DNA of 20,000 bases from an uncultured Methanosarcinales archaeon. GTDB taxonomy: Archaea; Nanobdellota; Nanobdellia; Woesearchaeales; CAYVYK01. The position numbers were made by a program, and so were the translations under genes. Below, piece by piece: positions 7,282 to 15,859 of this stretch (the first letter of the stretch is position 1; each line of letters begins with the position of its first letter). A model generated the notes under the pieces. The model had not been told where the DNA came from, ran no database searches, and saw nothing but the letters and a program-made list of their open reading frames with translations. The stretch spans positions 185,440 to 205,439 of the forward strand of contig CAYVYK010000002.1 of the NCBI GenBank assembly GCA_964455675.1. Direction: 5' to 3'.

Positions 7282-9567
7282 ATGGAGAGGATGCAGGTCA
7301 GGGTTCAGGATATTGGCACGCTGTGGGTAGAAAATCAAGTGATGATTGTTCTGTATGCAAAGACGAGCGCTAATCGCAGGATTTGCCTCATCGATCGTTT
7401 TGAACCATACTTCTTTGTTTTTCCTCGTGTTGGGGCTGACGTTATCCCGCGTCTTGAGTCTGTTCGTGTCGCGCTCCCGCAGGGCAAGTTTGGGAGAGTG
7501 ACGCATATCGAGAGCGAAGTGCTTGTCCGCGACGGAGAGGAAATCCCATGCCTCAAAGTCTCAGTGAATATTCCCGAGGCGAGTGTTGAGATCGCAAAGC
7601 TTGCTCGGGAATGGGAAGAAATTGAAGGATTGAGTTATCATGATGTTGGTTTTCTCGCATTGTATGCGTTTGAGCGGCAGATCGTCCCGTTCACGATTTA
7701 CGACGCTGAGATGGAAGCATCCGGAACGCACAAGGGATTGCCGATGTATAACCTTGTGTCCATCAAGCCAACTATTGATGTCGTAACCGAGAATAAAGTG
7801 TCCTCCATGTATTTCAGCGCAGAATTTCTTGAGCCATTCATGGGGAGGCTGAGCGAGGATCGCCCGCTTGTGGCATACACGATCATCGATCCTGAGCGCA
7901 CGAAGACAAGGACATGGAAGCTGTTTCGCCAGGATACGCAGAAGATGCCGTTCCGTGTGGACTTTGTCCGTAGCGAGATTGAATTAATCGAGGCGCTCAA
8001 GCGCGATCTTGAATCGGTAAACATGGATGTCATGTGGGGATTCTATTCTGATTTCTTCGAGATTCCCTGGATACTGAGGCGTTGTAGGCATTACCGTATG
8101 ACGCTCAATGTAGAATGGGATGGATCTCCGCTTCGGGAACCACGGAGCAGAAAAAGAATGCCGAAGTGGAACGGCCTCGTGCACATTGATATTTTCAGGA
8201 CTCTTCGAAAGCTTCTTGGATCCACCTCACCTGAGGACATGACGGTTGGTTCTGCTTCGCTCCTCGATGTGAGCCGGGATGCGGAAGGGCTGAAGTATTG
8301 CATGAAGAGCTTTGAGGGCTGTTCATCGATTGAAAAGTACGCAAAGACTCTCTGGCCATTGTATGAGGAGTTGCTGCATCTGACATCACTCCCGCTCTTC
8401 TACGTCAGCCGCATGACGAGAAATCAGGTCATGGAAGCGTTCATGACCAAGCGGGCGGTTGAAAAGCGGCAGTCCCTTCCAGCAAGGCCCATGAAGGGCG
8501 AGCTTGGGTATCGCGTGTCCCACTCCTATCCGCAGGCCCCAGTTCGTGAGGCAATTCCCGCGTTACATTCTGATGTGATCGTTCTTGATTATCGCCAGTT
8601 GTATGCGTATTTGATTCGTACGCATAATCTGTCGCATGAGACATTCTGCTGCTCCTGCTGCCGCGAGAAGAGCATCTCGCTTGGTGATGAGGAAGTGTGG
8701 ATGTGTGCCCGCCGTCAGGGTTTCCTTGCAGATGTCGTTGCGGATTTGGAAGCAAGAGGCGAGAAATCTAGACTTCGTCATATTCTGCTTGCAGGTATGC
8801 TTGAGTATCTGAAGTATCCGAAATCACGCTGGTTCTCTCCAGCTCTCAGCAATGTTCTCGAAAAGCTCGCACGCCGCGACCTTGAGCCTGTGCTAGGAAA
8901 GATTGAAGAGCTTGGCGCAAAGATCCTTTTTGTGAATCACCAGTATGTATTTCTCTCGTCCAAGGATGCAGACCAGTTGGTGCGAGGTATCACTGAGTTG
9001 TCAATCCCGTTTCCGATCGTTGTACGTGGAACCTACACCCGAGCGCTCTTTGCTCCAAGCCGCACGGGTAAAGGCAGCAGGAAATACGCGCTTCTGAGTG
9101 CATCTGGAGATCTTGAATTGATGGGTTTTGAGATCACCCATCAGAATTATTGTGAGTTTGCACGGAGGATTCAGAAGGAAGTTATTACAAGAATCCTCAA
9201 GACCGGCGATCCTGCTCTTGCATTTTCGTATGTGGAAGCGCAGATCGTCAAGCTGAGATCCCGGCAAGTCCTGTTCGAGTCACTTATCATCCGCAACCGG
9301 CTCGCGAAGGATCCGCAAAAATATGAGGTCAAGCTTCCGCACGTTCGTGTTGCTGAGTCGCTGCAAAGCCAGGGGTATGATCTGCCCCCAGGATCGACTG
9401 TTCCCTACGTTATTCGCGAGGGTCCTGGAAAGTTGAGCGATCGTGCCGTGTACTCGAGGGACGCGACGCTGGCAGATATTGATACTGAGTATTACATTGC
9501 TGGTCAAGTGCTCCCGCTCATCAATCCGCTCTTTCAGTTGTTCGGAAAAGAAGTACGTGAGGGTTAG
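7282..9567 (+). CDS. Family B DNA polymerase homolog, predicted catalytically inactive
   Basis: PolB layout: N-terminal FEPYF, exonuclease-like region (SEIELI, GFYSDFFEIPWI, HIDIF), LDYRQLY (motif A), HNLSHET, RKYAL, MGFE, YEVKLPHV and IDTEYYIAGQ. Exo I/II/III and pol motifs B and C are substituted. Confidence 0.9.
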   Translation: MERMQVRVQDIGTLWVENQVMIVLYAKTSANRRICLIDRFEPYFFVFPRVGADVIPRLESVRVALPQGKFGRVTHIESEVLVRDGEEIPCLKVSVNIPEASVEIAKLAREWEEIEGLSYHDVGFLALYAFERQIVPFTIYDAEMEASGTHKGLPMYNLVSIKPTIDVVTENKVSSMYFSAEFLEPFMGRLSEDRPLVAYTIIDPERTKTRTWKLFRQDTQKMPFRVDFVRSEIELIEALKRDLESVNMDVMWGFYSDFFEIPWILRRCRHYRMTLNVEWDGSPLREPRSRKRMPKWNGLVHIDIFRTLRKLLGSTSPEDMTVGSASLLDVSRDAEGLKYCMKSFEGCSSIEKYAKTLWPLYEELLHLTSLPLFYVSRMTRNQVMEAFMTKRAVEKRQSLPARPMKGELGYRVSHSYPQAPVREAIPALHSDVIVLDYRQLYAYLIRTHNLSHETFCCSCCREKSISLGDEEVWMCARRQGFLADVVADLEARGEKSRLRHILLAGMLEYLKYPKSRWFSPALSNVLEKLARRDLEPVLGKIEELGAKILFVNHQYVFLSSKDADQLVRGITELSIPFPIVVRGTYTRALFAPSRTGKGSRKYALLSASGDLELMGFEITHQNYCEFARRIQKEVITRILKTGDPALAFSYVEAQIVKLRSRQVLFESLIIRNRLAKDPQKYEVKLPHVRVAESLQSQGYDLPPGSTVPYVIREGPGKLSDRAVYSRDATLADIDTEYYIAGQVLPLINPLFQLFGKEVREG

Positions 9568-9588
9568 GATATATCCCCTTATCGTGTT

Positions 9589-9978
9589 CTAGCGCTTCTT
9601 GCGTGCTTTCCCTTTGGTCTCCTGCTTTGGTAATGGCGGCAGATCAGGAGGTACTTCTGTCTCTTTCCAGAGGACTGAAAAGAGGAATAGCATCGCGGCA
9701 GGTATGAAGCCAAGGAAAAAGAGCAGAAGATCCTGGAGGGCCAGAAGGAAGATGACTGATTGGAGTGCCATCGCAAGCGTGAGATAAGAGCCTGATGCGA
9801 TGACGTCGGGTTCTTCGCTCACAACGCCACTGATGAACCAGAACGTGAGAATGATGAAGAGGACCGTGATGAGGAGCAGCACAAGGACGCTCGATGGAGC
9901 GGTTAAGAGTTGGATAATGTGCGTAATGTAATACATGCAAAGCAGGAGGAGAATTCCGTAGATCGTGCTCGTCCGCAT
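9589..9978 (-). CDS. Small hypothetical membrane protein (about 4 TM) with basic C-tail
   Basis: 129-aa ORF with four hydrophobic stretches; TTTAAATA on the minus strand (10001-10008) is 22 nt upstream of the ATG. Confidence 0.8.
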   Translation of the reverse strand: MRTSTIYGILLLLCMYYITHIIQLLTAPSSVLVLLLITVLFIILTFWFISGVVSEEPDVIASGSYLTLAMALQSVIFLLALQDLLLFFLGFIPAAMLFLFSVLWKETEVPPDLPPLPKQETKGKARKKR

Positions 9979-10000
9979 GGCACAGTACGAGGAGGGTATT

Positions 10001-10008
10001 TATTTAAA
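10001..10008 (-). promoter_or_regulatory. TATA box for the membrane protein gene
   Basis: TTTAAATA on the minus strand, 22 nt before ATG 9978. Confidence 0.6.
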
Positions 10009-10130
10009 TTTTTTTATTCTAAAGTAGTAGCAAAAGTGAAAAACCTCGGCCTAAAGGGGAGAAATTGTCTGTCAAGAAATCCGGTCTGATCATGTTCCAA
10101 AGAAGGAAGTATTGATCAAAATTCTTTGCA

Positions 10131-10460
10131 TCAGAATTCTTCAAATTCGTCGAGCTTGTTAAGGTACCCTTTTTTTCGTAGGAATTCGACTTGGAGCGGT
10201 CGGTACTTGAATACGATGTCGCCTTTTTCGTCGCCGCCAAACTCCCATGGCTCAACGATGACAATATCTCCCTCGCGCACCCAGAGTTTTCTCTTGAGTC
10301 TTCCGGGGATGCGGCAGACTCTTGTTTTTGCGTCAAGGCATTTTACTTTCGTGCGTGATGCTCCATAGCGCTGCTCAAGGACACCAAATACTTCCCGCCC
10401 CCGCGGCAGGCGGACTCGTGTAAGCTCAGACAGTTCATCTTCGGTATCCCTTGGATTCAT
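10131..10460 (-). CDS. eif1a: Translation initiation factor aIF-1A
   Basis: RVRLP..EVFG...G..R.KVKCLD..TR.CRIPGRLKRKLWVREGDIVIVEPWE...KGDIVFKY....L.KKGYL matches the archaeal aIF-1A pattern. Confidence 0.96.
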   Translation of the reverse strand: MNPRDTEDELSELTRVRLPRGREVFGVLEQRYGASRTKVKCLDAKTRVCRIPGRLKRKLWVREGDIVIVEPWEFGGDEKGDIVFKYRPLQVEFLRKKGYLNKLDEFEEF

Positions 10461-10482
10461 GATTCAAGCGAGAGGAGTATCG

Positions 10483-10557
10483 TATTTAAATGTTCCTGCT
10501 TCTCGGTTACGCGGCACACGTGTAAAAATTTAAGGCGGAGAGAATTACTTTTAAATA
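10483..10557. promoter_or_regulatory. Divergent TATA boxes for aIF-1A (-) and ROK (+)
   Basis: TTTAAATA on the minus strand at 10483-10490 (22 nt to ATG 10460) and on the plus strand at 10550-10557 (23 nt to ATG 10581). Confidence 0.65.
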
Positions 10558-10580
10558 CCCGAACTGTCAGGACTGCTTGT

Positions 10581-11408
10581 ATGGCAGTCCTCGCGCTTGA
10601 CATCGGCGGCACTAATATCAAGTCTGCACTGATTGTCAATGGAAGGGTAACAAAATACACGTCCCGTCCGACGTATGCCGGAAAGGGAAGAGCGGAAGTG
10701 ATTTCTCAGATTGACGCGGCCGTTCGCGAGCTGTGCTCGCCCTCTGTCACAAGGATCGGCATCTCGATGGCTGGCCCTGCTGATTATGTGAGGGGAGTGT
10801 TCACAAAACCCACGAGTCTTCCGCTCGACAAATTCAATATCAAGGAGTATCTCAAGAGGAAGTATAAGGTTCCTGTTTTCTGCCAGAACGACGCGCGTTG
10901 TTTCGCGCTTGGCGAAGCATACTATGGAACTGGTAAGAAAGCGAAGAATCTTGTGGGCATCACTCTTGGTACCAGTGTCGGTTTTGGCATTGTGATTGGT
11001 CGCAAGGCGTATGATGGTCGTGGCAACGCAGGAGAGCTTGCGCACTCGATTGTGAATTTTGATGATGGTCGGCCTTCGGTCCACGATGTTCTCGGCACAG
11101 CATTCATTATTGACGGATTTCCCAAGAGGACGCCAAAAGATGTCTTTTTGCTTGCGCGTCATGGCAATAGCAAGGCTAAACGTCGCTGGGAGGAGTTTGG
11201 CAGGAATCTTGGTGTTGCCATCGCAAATACGGTGCACGGTCTTGATCCTGACATCGTTGTGATTGGTGGTAATGTCGCGAACGCGTTCCCCTTCTTCCGC
11301 CAAAGCATGCAGCGCGAACTTTCTGCCCGCATGGTATTCCCTCCCTGTCCTATCACACAGAGCAAGCTCGATCACGCGATTCTTCTTGGCGCATCCGTCT
11401 TGGAATAG
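10581..11408 (+). CDS. ROK family sugar kinase (glucokinase-like)
   Basis: LALDIGGTNIK, QNDARCFALGE, GITLGTSVGFGIV..G....G.GNAGELAH, LDPDIVVIGGNV and A.LLGA. Confidence 0.93.
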   Translation: MAVLALDIGGTNIKSALIVNGRVTKYTSRPTYAGKGRAEVISQIDAAVRELCSPSVTRIGISMAGPADYVRGVFTKPTSLPLDKFNIKEYLKRKYKVPVFCQNDARCFALGEAYYGTGKKAKNLVGITLGTSVGFGIVIGRKAYDGRGNAGELAHSIVNFDDGRPSVHDVLGTAFIIDGFPKRTPKDVFLLARHGNSKAKRRWEEFGRNLGVAIANTVHGLDPDIVVIGGNVANAFPFFRQSMQRELSARMVFPPCPITQSKLDHAILLGASVLE

Positions 11409-11429
11409 ATGCCCGCAGTACGTCCCCAG

Positions 11430-11640
11430 ACGTTTAATTACGCACCGCAAGGAGAGAACGGCTTACTACAACACGCAAAGGATTTTTCTCCCCGAAGAGA
11501 AAAAAGCCGTCCGAAACCAGCCGACCAAAGGGAGGCTGACCGTCCCACTCTACTTCCATTGAGAAGGAAGAGATAGTCTCAAATCGCGGATTGATCCTTC
11601 TCCGCAACTCCACGAAAACGAGCTTTGTGAGCCCACCAAA
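11430..11640. ncRNA. Candidate structured RNA (unassigned), probably minus strand
   Basis: Intergenic stretch with five or more hairpins, including a c(UUCG)g-capped stem on the minus strand (11484-11505). No family recognised. Confidence 0.3.
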
Positions 11641-11677
11641 CGATAGCTTTTTAAATGGCCTCCTTTTCCTCTGCCGC

Positions 11678-12109
11678 ATGCCAACAATGTTTGACGTTCA
11701 TCCAAATAAGCTCATTCCTCGTATCGCAGAGGAGCTCAAGAAGGACAGCAATATCCACCCACCTCGGTGGGCGGAGTTTGTGAAGACGGGAGCGCACGCT
11801 GAACGCCCGCCTGTAGATCCAGACTGGTGGTTTGTGCGCTGTGCGTCCGTCCTGCGAACATTGAAGACGAGAGGCCCCATCGGTGTCTCAAAGCTTCGGG
11901 TGAAGTATGGAGGCAAGCGCAACAGGGGCATGAAGCCCGAAGAATTCCGCAAGGCTTCCGGTAACATCATCAGAAAAGTGCTGCAGCAGCTTGAGAAGGG
12001 CGGCTATGCAAAGTCGGTTGAGAAGAGCCAGAAGAAGGGACGGATTATTACACCAAAGGGTGTCGCCCTGCTCGACAAAACAGCCGCGAAGATCCTGAAA
12101 AATGGATGA
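11678..12109 (+). CDS. rps19e: 30S ribosomal protein S19e
   Basis: PP.WAEFVKTG.H.ERPP...DWW.VR.ASVLR, GPIGVSKLR.KYGG, SGNIIRKVLQQLE and GRIITPKG..LLD. Start placed at ATG 11678, about 22 nt after TTTTTAAA (11648-11655). Confidence 0.97.
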   Translation: MPTMFDVHPNKLIPRIAEELKKDSNIHPPRWAEFVKTGAHAERPPVDPDWWFVRCASVLRTLKTRGPIGVSKLRVKYGGKRNRGMKPEEFRKASGNIIRKVLQQLEKGGYAKSVEKSQKKGRIITPKGVALLDKTAAKILKNG

Positions 12110-12380
12110 AGACGATTATCGCAGAGAGCTTGACGAGCAAGCGCGACTGGAGCAGCAGATCCAGCAACTTGAGATGCTTGTTCGTTCACGGTTCACGAAA
12201 GGCGCCCTTGAAAGGTTTGGCGCGCTGAAAAGCGCTCATCCCGAGAAGGCGGTGCAGGTCCTGCTCATCCTGGGCCAGCTGATCGACGCTGGTAAGGCTA
12301 AGACCGTGGATGAGAACCAGCTTCGGGAACTGCTTTCGCATATCAGCCCAAGGCGGGATTTTAAGATTCAAAGAAAGTGA
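12102..12380 (+). CDS. PDCD5-like DNA-binding protein
   Basis: T..A.ER...LK.AHPEKA, DE.QL.ELL..I and RRDFKIQRK; conserved position between rps19e and rpl39e in archaea. Confidence 0.92.
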   Translation: MDEDDYRRELDEQARLEQQIQQLEMLVRSRFTKGALERFGALKSAHPEKAVQVLLILGQLIDAGKAKTVDENQLRELLSHISPRRDFKIQRK

Positions 12381-12385
12381 TTCGT

Positions 12386-12559
12386 ATGGCACGATACAAG
12401 CATACAAGCAGAAAGAAACGATTGGTTAAGCTCGCAAAGCTCACGCGTTGGGCCCCGTTTTGGACGGTCCCAAAGAAGTATGGCAGGGGACGGCAAGTGC
12501 ACCCTGGTAGGCATACCGCGTACAAGCGCAACTGGCGACGTCGAAAAAGCAAGGCGTAA
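12386..12559 (+). CDS. rpl39e: 50S ribosomal protein L39e (57 aa)
   Basis: MARYK...RKKRL.K....R.AP.W...K......HP......R.WRR, plus operon position. Confidence 0.92.
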   Translation: MARYKHTSRKKRLVKLAKLTRWAPFWTVPKKYGRGRQVHPGRHTAYKRNWRRRKSKA

Positions 12560-12561
12560 AC

Positions 12562-13168
12562 ATGGCAGAGAAGAAGTCCAAGGAAAAGAAACAAGTGAGC
12601 AAGGTTGTCGTTGAACGAACGTACAACGTTCCTCTCCGGAAAGGATTCATCAAGGTTCCACTGCACAAGCGAAGCAACCGGGCGATGACTGAACTGCGCA
12701 ATTTCCTTACCCGTCACATGAAGTCCGAAACTATCCGAATCGGTCCGATGCTCAATCAGAAGGTGTGGCAATCCGGGATGAAGAACCCTCCGCACCATGT
12801 GAAGGTCGTCACGGTCAAAATGGATTCTGGCGAAGTTAACGCTGAACTCTTTGGAGCTCCCAAATTTTGGGAGGTTGTAGAGGAGAAGAAGGCAAAGAAG
12901 GATGAGACAAAGAAAGATGAGAAGAAGCCGATCGAACAGGCTGTAGAGCAGCCAAAGGATGTCCCGTCAGAGCCAAGTGCACCGGCTACAGCAGAGTCTG
13001 ACCCGTCGGATAAGCCTGCAAAGAAGGCAAAACCAGNNNNNNNNNNNNNNNNNNNNNNNNNNNNNNNNNNNNNNNNNNNNNNNNNNNNNNNNNNNNNNNN
13101 NNNNNNNNNNNNNNNNNNNNNNNNNNNNNNNNNNNNCAAAACCAGCAAAGAAGCCTGCGAAGAAATGA
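12562..13168 (+). CDS. rpl31e: 50S ribosomal protein L31e with long Lys/Glu/Pro/Ala-rich C-terminal extension (spans scaffold gap)
   Basis: ERTYNVPLR....VP..KR.NRA...LR.F..RHMK...I.I...LN..VW..G..NPP..VKV. After the gap the KPAKKPAKK frame stops at TGA 13166-13168; the end at 13218 in the ORF track is a frame artefact of the 100 Ns. Confidence 0.9.
13037..13136. other. Assembly gap (100 N)
   Basis: Run of 100 N; CAAAACCAG is present on both flanks (13028-13036 and 13137-13145). Confidence 0.99.
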
Positions 13169-13198
13169 TTTTATACTCCTGTTGTACTGATGAGTTCT

Positions 13199-14326
13199 AT
13201 GAGTGCAGAGCCGACTAAGTTATCATCAAAGCTTCGAACACAAGCTCAGATCAAGGAGCTCGAGGCAGAGCTTTCTAAGACAAAATACAACAAGCGTACG
13301 CAGGGCCACTTTGCCGTCGTCAAAGCAAAAATTCGGATGTTGAAGGAGAAAGAGTCATCCAGGCAAAAGGGCAAGGGAAAAACAGACGGTTTTGTCGTGC
13401 GAAAGACTGGCGATGGCACGGTCATTCTTGTCGGATTTCCTTCCGTTGGAAAAAGCACGCTCCTCAATGCGATCACGAATGCGGAGTCGACCGTTGCGGC
13501 ATACGCGTTTACAACACTGACATGCATCCCTGGGCTTCTTGAGTATAAGGGCGCGAAGATCCAGGTTCTTGACGTTCCAGGAATATTGCAGGGAGCGTCG
13601 GATGGTACTGGCCGCGGCAAGGAAGTGCTTGCCTGCGCGTGGAACTGCGACCTCATCTTATTTCTCGTGGACGCTATTTACCCAGAGCATCTTCCCGTGA
13701 TCAGGAAGGAGATTTACGATGTCAACATCCGCGTTGATCAGCATAGGCCCGATGTGCGGATCACAAAGACAGCGAGGGGCGGCATAAGGGTAGGTTCAAC
13801 TGTCAAGCTGACAAAGATTGACAAGGAGATGATCGAGGATGTCTGCAAGGAGTTCCGTATCATGAACGCGGACGTTGTCCTGCATGAGGATATTAACGAG
13901 GACCAGTTGATTGATGTCATCGAGGGCAACAAGAAGTACGTGCCTTCAATCACCGTCCTAAATAAGGCGGATATGCTCACGCGCGAGCAGCTTGAGAAGG
14001 TCAAGCGCGACGTGAAGCCTGATGTGATCATTTCAGCTGAGAAGCGCATCAATATCGATAAGCTTCGCGAGGCGATCTTCCAGCGCATGCAGTGCATGCC
14101 TGTGTACTGCAAGGAAGTTGGGAAGAAAGCAGACCTGGAGGCTCCTCTCATCATGACGCGCGGCTCGACGCTTCAAGACATGTGTGATAAGCTCCACAAG
14201 GATTTCTCGTCGAAATTCCGCTTCGCTCGCATCTGGGGAAAGAGCGTTCGTTTTTCCGGTCAGAAGGTCATGAATCTCAAGCACGTTCTGCATGAAGGCG
14301 ACATCATTGAGATTCATGTGCGATGA
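13199..14326 (+). CDS. drg: DRG/RBG-family OBG-like GTPase with TGS domain
   Basis: N-terminal I.ELE.EL.KT.YNK.T..H, G1 GFPSVGKS, YAFTT, DVPG, GRGKEVL, NKAD and C-terminal TGS (RFARIWG.S..F.GQKV...H.L.EGD). ATG 13199 preferred because TTTTATAC (13169-13176) is 22 nt upstream; 13190 is the alternative. Confidence 0.95.
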   Translation: MSAEPTKLSSKLRTQAQIKELEAELSKTKYNKRTQGHFAVVKAKIRMLKEKESSRQKGKGKTDGFVVRKTGDGTVILVGFPSVGKSTLLNAITNAESTVAAYAFTTLTCIPGLLEYKGAKIQVLDVPGILQGASDGTGRGKEVLACAWNCDLILFLVDAIYPEHLPVIRKEIYDVNIRVDQHRPDVRITKTARGGIRVGSTVKLTKIDKEMIEDVCKEFRIMNADVVLHEDINEDQLIDVIEGNKKYVPSITVLNKADMLTREQLEKVKRDVKPDVIISAEKRINIDKLREAIFQRMQCMPVYCKEVGKKADLEAPLIMTRGSTLQDMCDKLHKDFSSKFRFARIWGKSVRFSGQKVMNLKHVLHEGDIIEIHVR

Positions 14327-14398
14327 AGAGTTGTGCGGCACATTTATAAACTAACCCAGTTGTACCATCCCGGTGGTTAATTCTCCACGTGATTCAAT

Positions 14399-15844
14399 AT
14401 GGCATTCAAAAAACTGATAGAACCTCTCCAGAGGGCATTGAAAGAACAGAAGTATGAGATTCCAACTCCGATTCAAGAGCAGGCGATCCCTCCACTCCTC
14501 GAGGGAAAAGACATGCTTGGCTGCGCTCAGACAGGCACGGGGAAGACCGCGGCATTCACGCTTCCTCTCTTGCAGTATCTTGCGGCAAACAAGAAGCACC
14601 GTTTCCCTGGCAAGACAAGAGCACTCATTCTTGCTCCGACGAGGGAGCTTGCGGCGCAGATTTTCGCGTCGGTAAAAACCTATGGCAAATTCCTTCCATT
14701 CAGGTATGCGGTTGTGTTTGGCGGTGTCGGCCAGCAGCCTCAGGTTGACGCTATGAGGCATGGTGTTGATATTCTTGTGGCAACTCCAGGCAGGCTTATT
14801 GACCTCATGGAACAAGGCTACATTAGTCTAGATGAGGTTGAATTTTTCGTGCTTGACGAGGCAGATAGGATGCTTGACATGGGTTTTATTCCTGACATTC
14901 GGAGAATTATCGCTCATCTTCCCTCGCAGCGGCAGTCATTATTCTTTTCAGCGACGTTAACGAGTGAAGCGCTCAAGCTGGCGCACACGATGCTGAAAGC
15001 TCCGGTAAAGATTTCCGTGACGCCCGATAAGCCAACTGTCGACAAGGTCGAGCAGCATATCATCCATGTGGAAAAGGCGTCAAAGCAGCAGCTCCTTATT
15101 GATCTCCTGACGCACGCGAAAAAGGCGCTGATATTCACAAAGACCAAGCACCAGGCTAATCGTCTTGCGATGAATCTTGAGAAGGAAGGAATACCATCGC
15201 AAGCCATTCATGGGAACAAGTCGCAGACGGCTCGGACTCAGGCGCTGCATGAGTTCAAGACAGGTAAAGCCCACGTGCTTGTCGCGACCGACATCGCGGC
15301 AAGGGGTATTGACGTCGATGGCATCACGCACGTATTCAATTTTGATATGCCTATGGAGCCTGAGAGTTATGTTCACAGGATTGGGAGGACCGCGCGCGCT
15401 GGCGCATCCGGCATCGCGATCTCGTTCTGCACAAGCGGTGAGAACGCACAGCTTCGTGATATCGAGCGGCTCATCCACGCAAGGATTCCTGTCATGGAAC
15501 ACGCTCTCGCGAGAAAAGCGCCAATATCAACTGGTGGGGAAGCAAGACAGTCCCACGATAGGCCATTCCATAGGTTTTCCCACAAAAGGAACCAATCACC
15601 GCAGAGGTCATTTCATAGATCGGGAGGATCATTTTCTCACGCGAGGGACGCAAATAGGCCTTCGCACAATCGTTCAGAAAGTTCGTTCTCGTATGGAAAG
15701 CGACCGCAGAGGTCTGAGTTTAGATCTGATGAGTCGTCAGAAAAGCGGCATGGCTGGCACAAATCGCCTGAGAGTAAACCTCACGGCAAGGACAAGCGCA
15801 ATTTCTGGCACAAGAAACGTAGGCAAATAGGATCAAGAAATTAA
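14399..15844 (+). CDS. DEAD-box RNA helicase (RhlE-like) with basic, disordered C-tail
   Basis: Q motif [36 protein letters not shown] and [20 protein letters not shown] at 14343-14350. Confidence 0.96.
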   Translation: MAFKKLIEPLQRALKEQKYEIPTPIQEQAIPPLLEGKDMLGCAQTGTGKTAAFTLPLLQYLAANKKHRFPGKTRALILAPTRELAAQIFASVKTYGKFLPFRYAVVFGGVGQQPQVDAMRHGVDILVATPGRLIDLMEQGYISLDEVEFFVLDEADRMLDMGFIPDIRRIIAHLPSQRQSLFFSATLTSEALKLAHTMLKAPVKISVTPDKPTVDKVEQHIIHVEKASKQQLLIDLLTHAKKALIFTKTKHQANRLAMNLEKEGIPSQAIHGNKSQTARTQALHEFKTGKAHVLVATDIAARGIDVDGITHVFNFDMPMEPESYVHRIGRTARAGASGIAISFCTSGENAQLRDIERLIHARIPVMEHALARKAPISTGGEARQSHDRPFHRFSHKRNQSPQRSFHRSGGSFSHARDANRPSHNRSESSFSYGKRPQRSEFRSDESSEKRHGWHKSPESKPHGKDKRNFWHKKRRQIGSRN

Positions 15845-15859
15845 AAAAAAGAGAGAGTA

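Noticed and set aside
10551..11450. 299-aa minus-strand ORF
   Set aside because: Antisense shadow of the ROK kinase with no recognisable motifs.
11452..11466. GAGAACGGCTTA resembling the RNase P RNA 3' P4 strand
   Set aside because: No matching 5' GAGGAAAGTCC-like strand in non-coding sequence upstream, so the segment was not called RNase P RNA.
11591..11677. N-terminal extension of S19e in the ORF track
   Set aside because: Spans the TATA box; homology to S19e begins at MPTMFDV (11678).
13137..13218. ORF-track C-terminus of L31e (KTSKEACEE...)
   Set aside because: Frame artefact of the arbitrary 100-N gap; the KPAKK frame ending at 13168 continues the pre-gap pattern.
15177..15830. 217-aa plus-strand ORF in an alternative frame
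   Set aside because: Lies wholly inside the DEAD-box helicase and has an R/S-rich off-frame composition.
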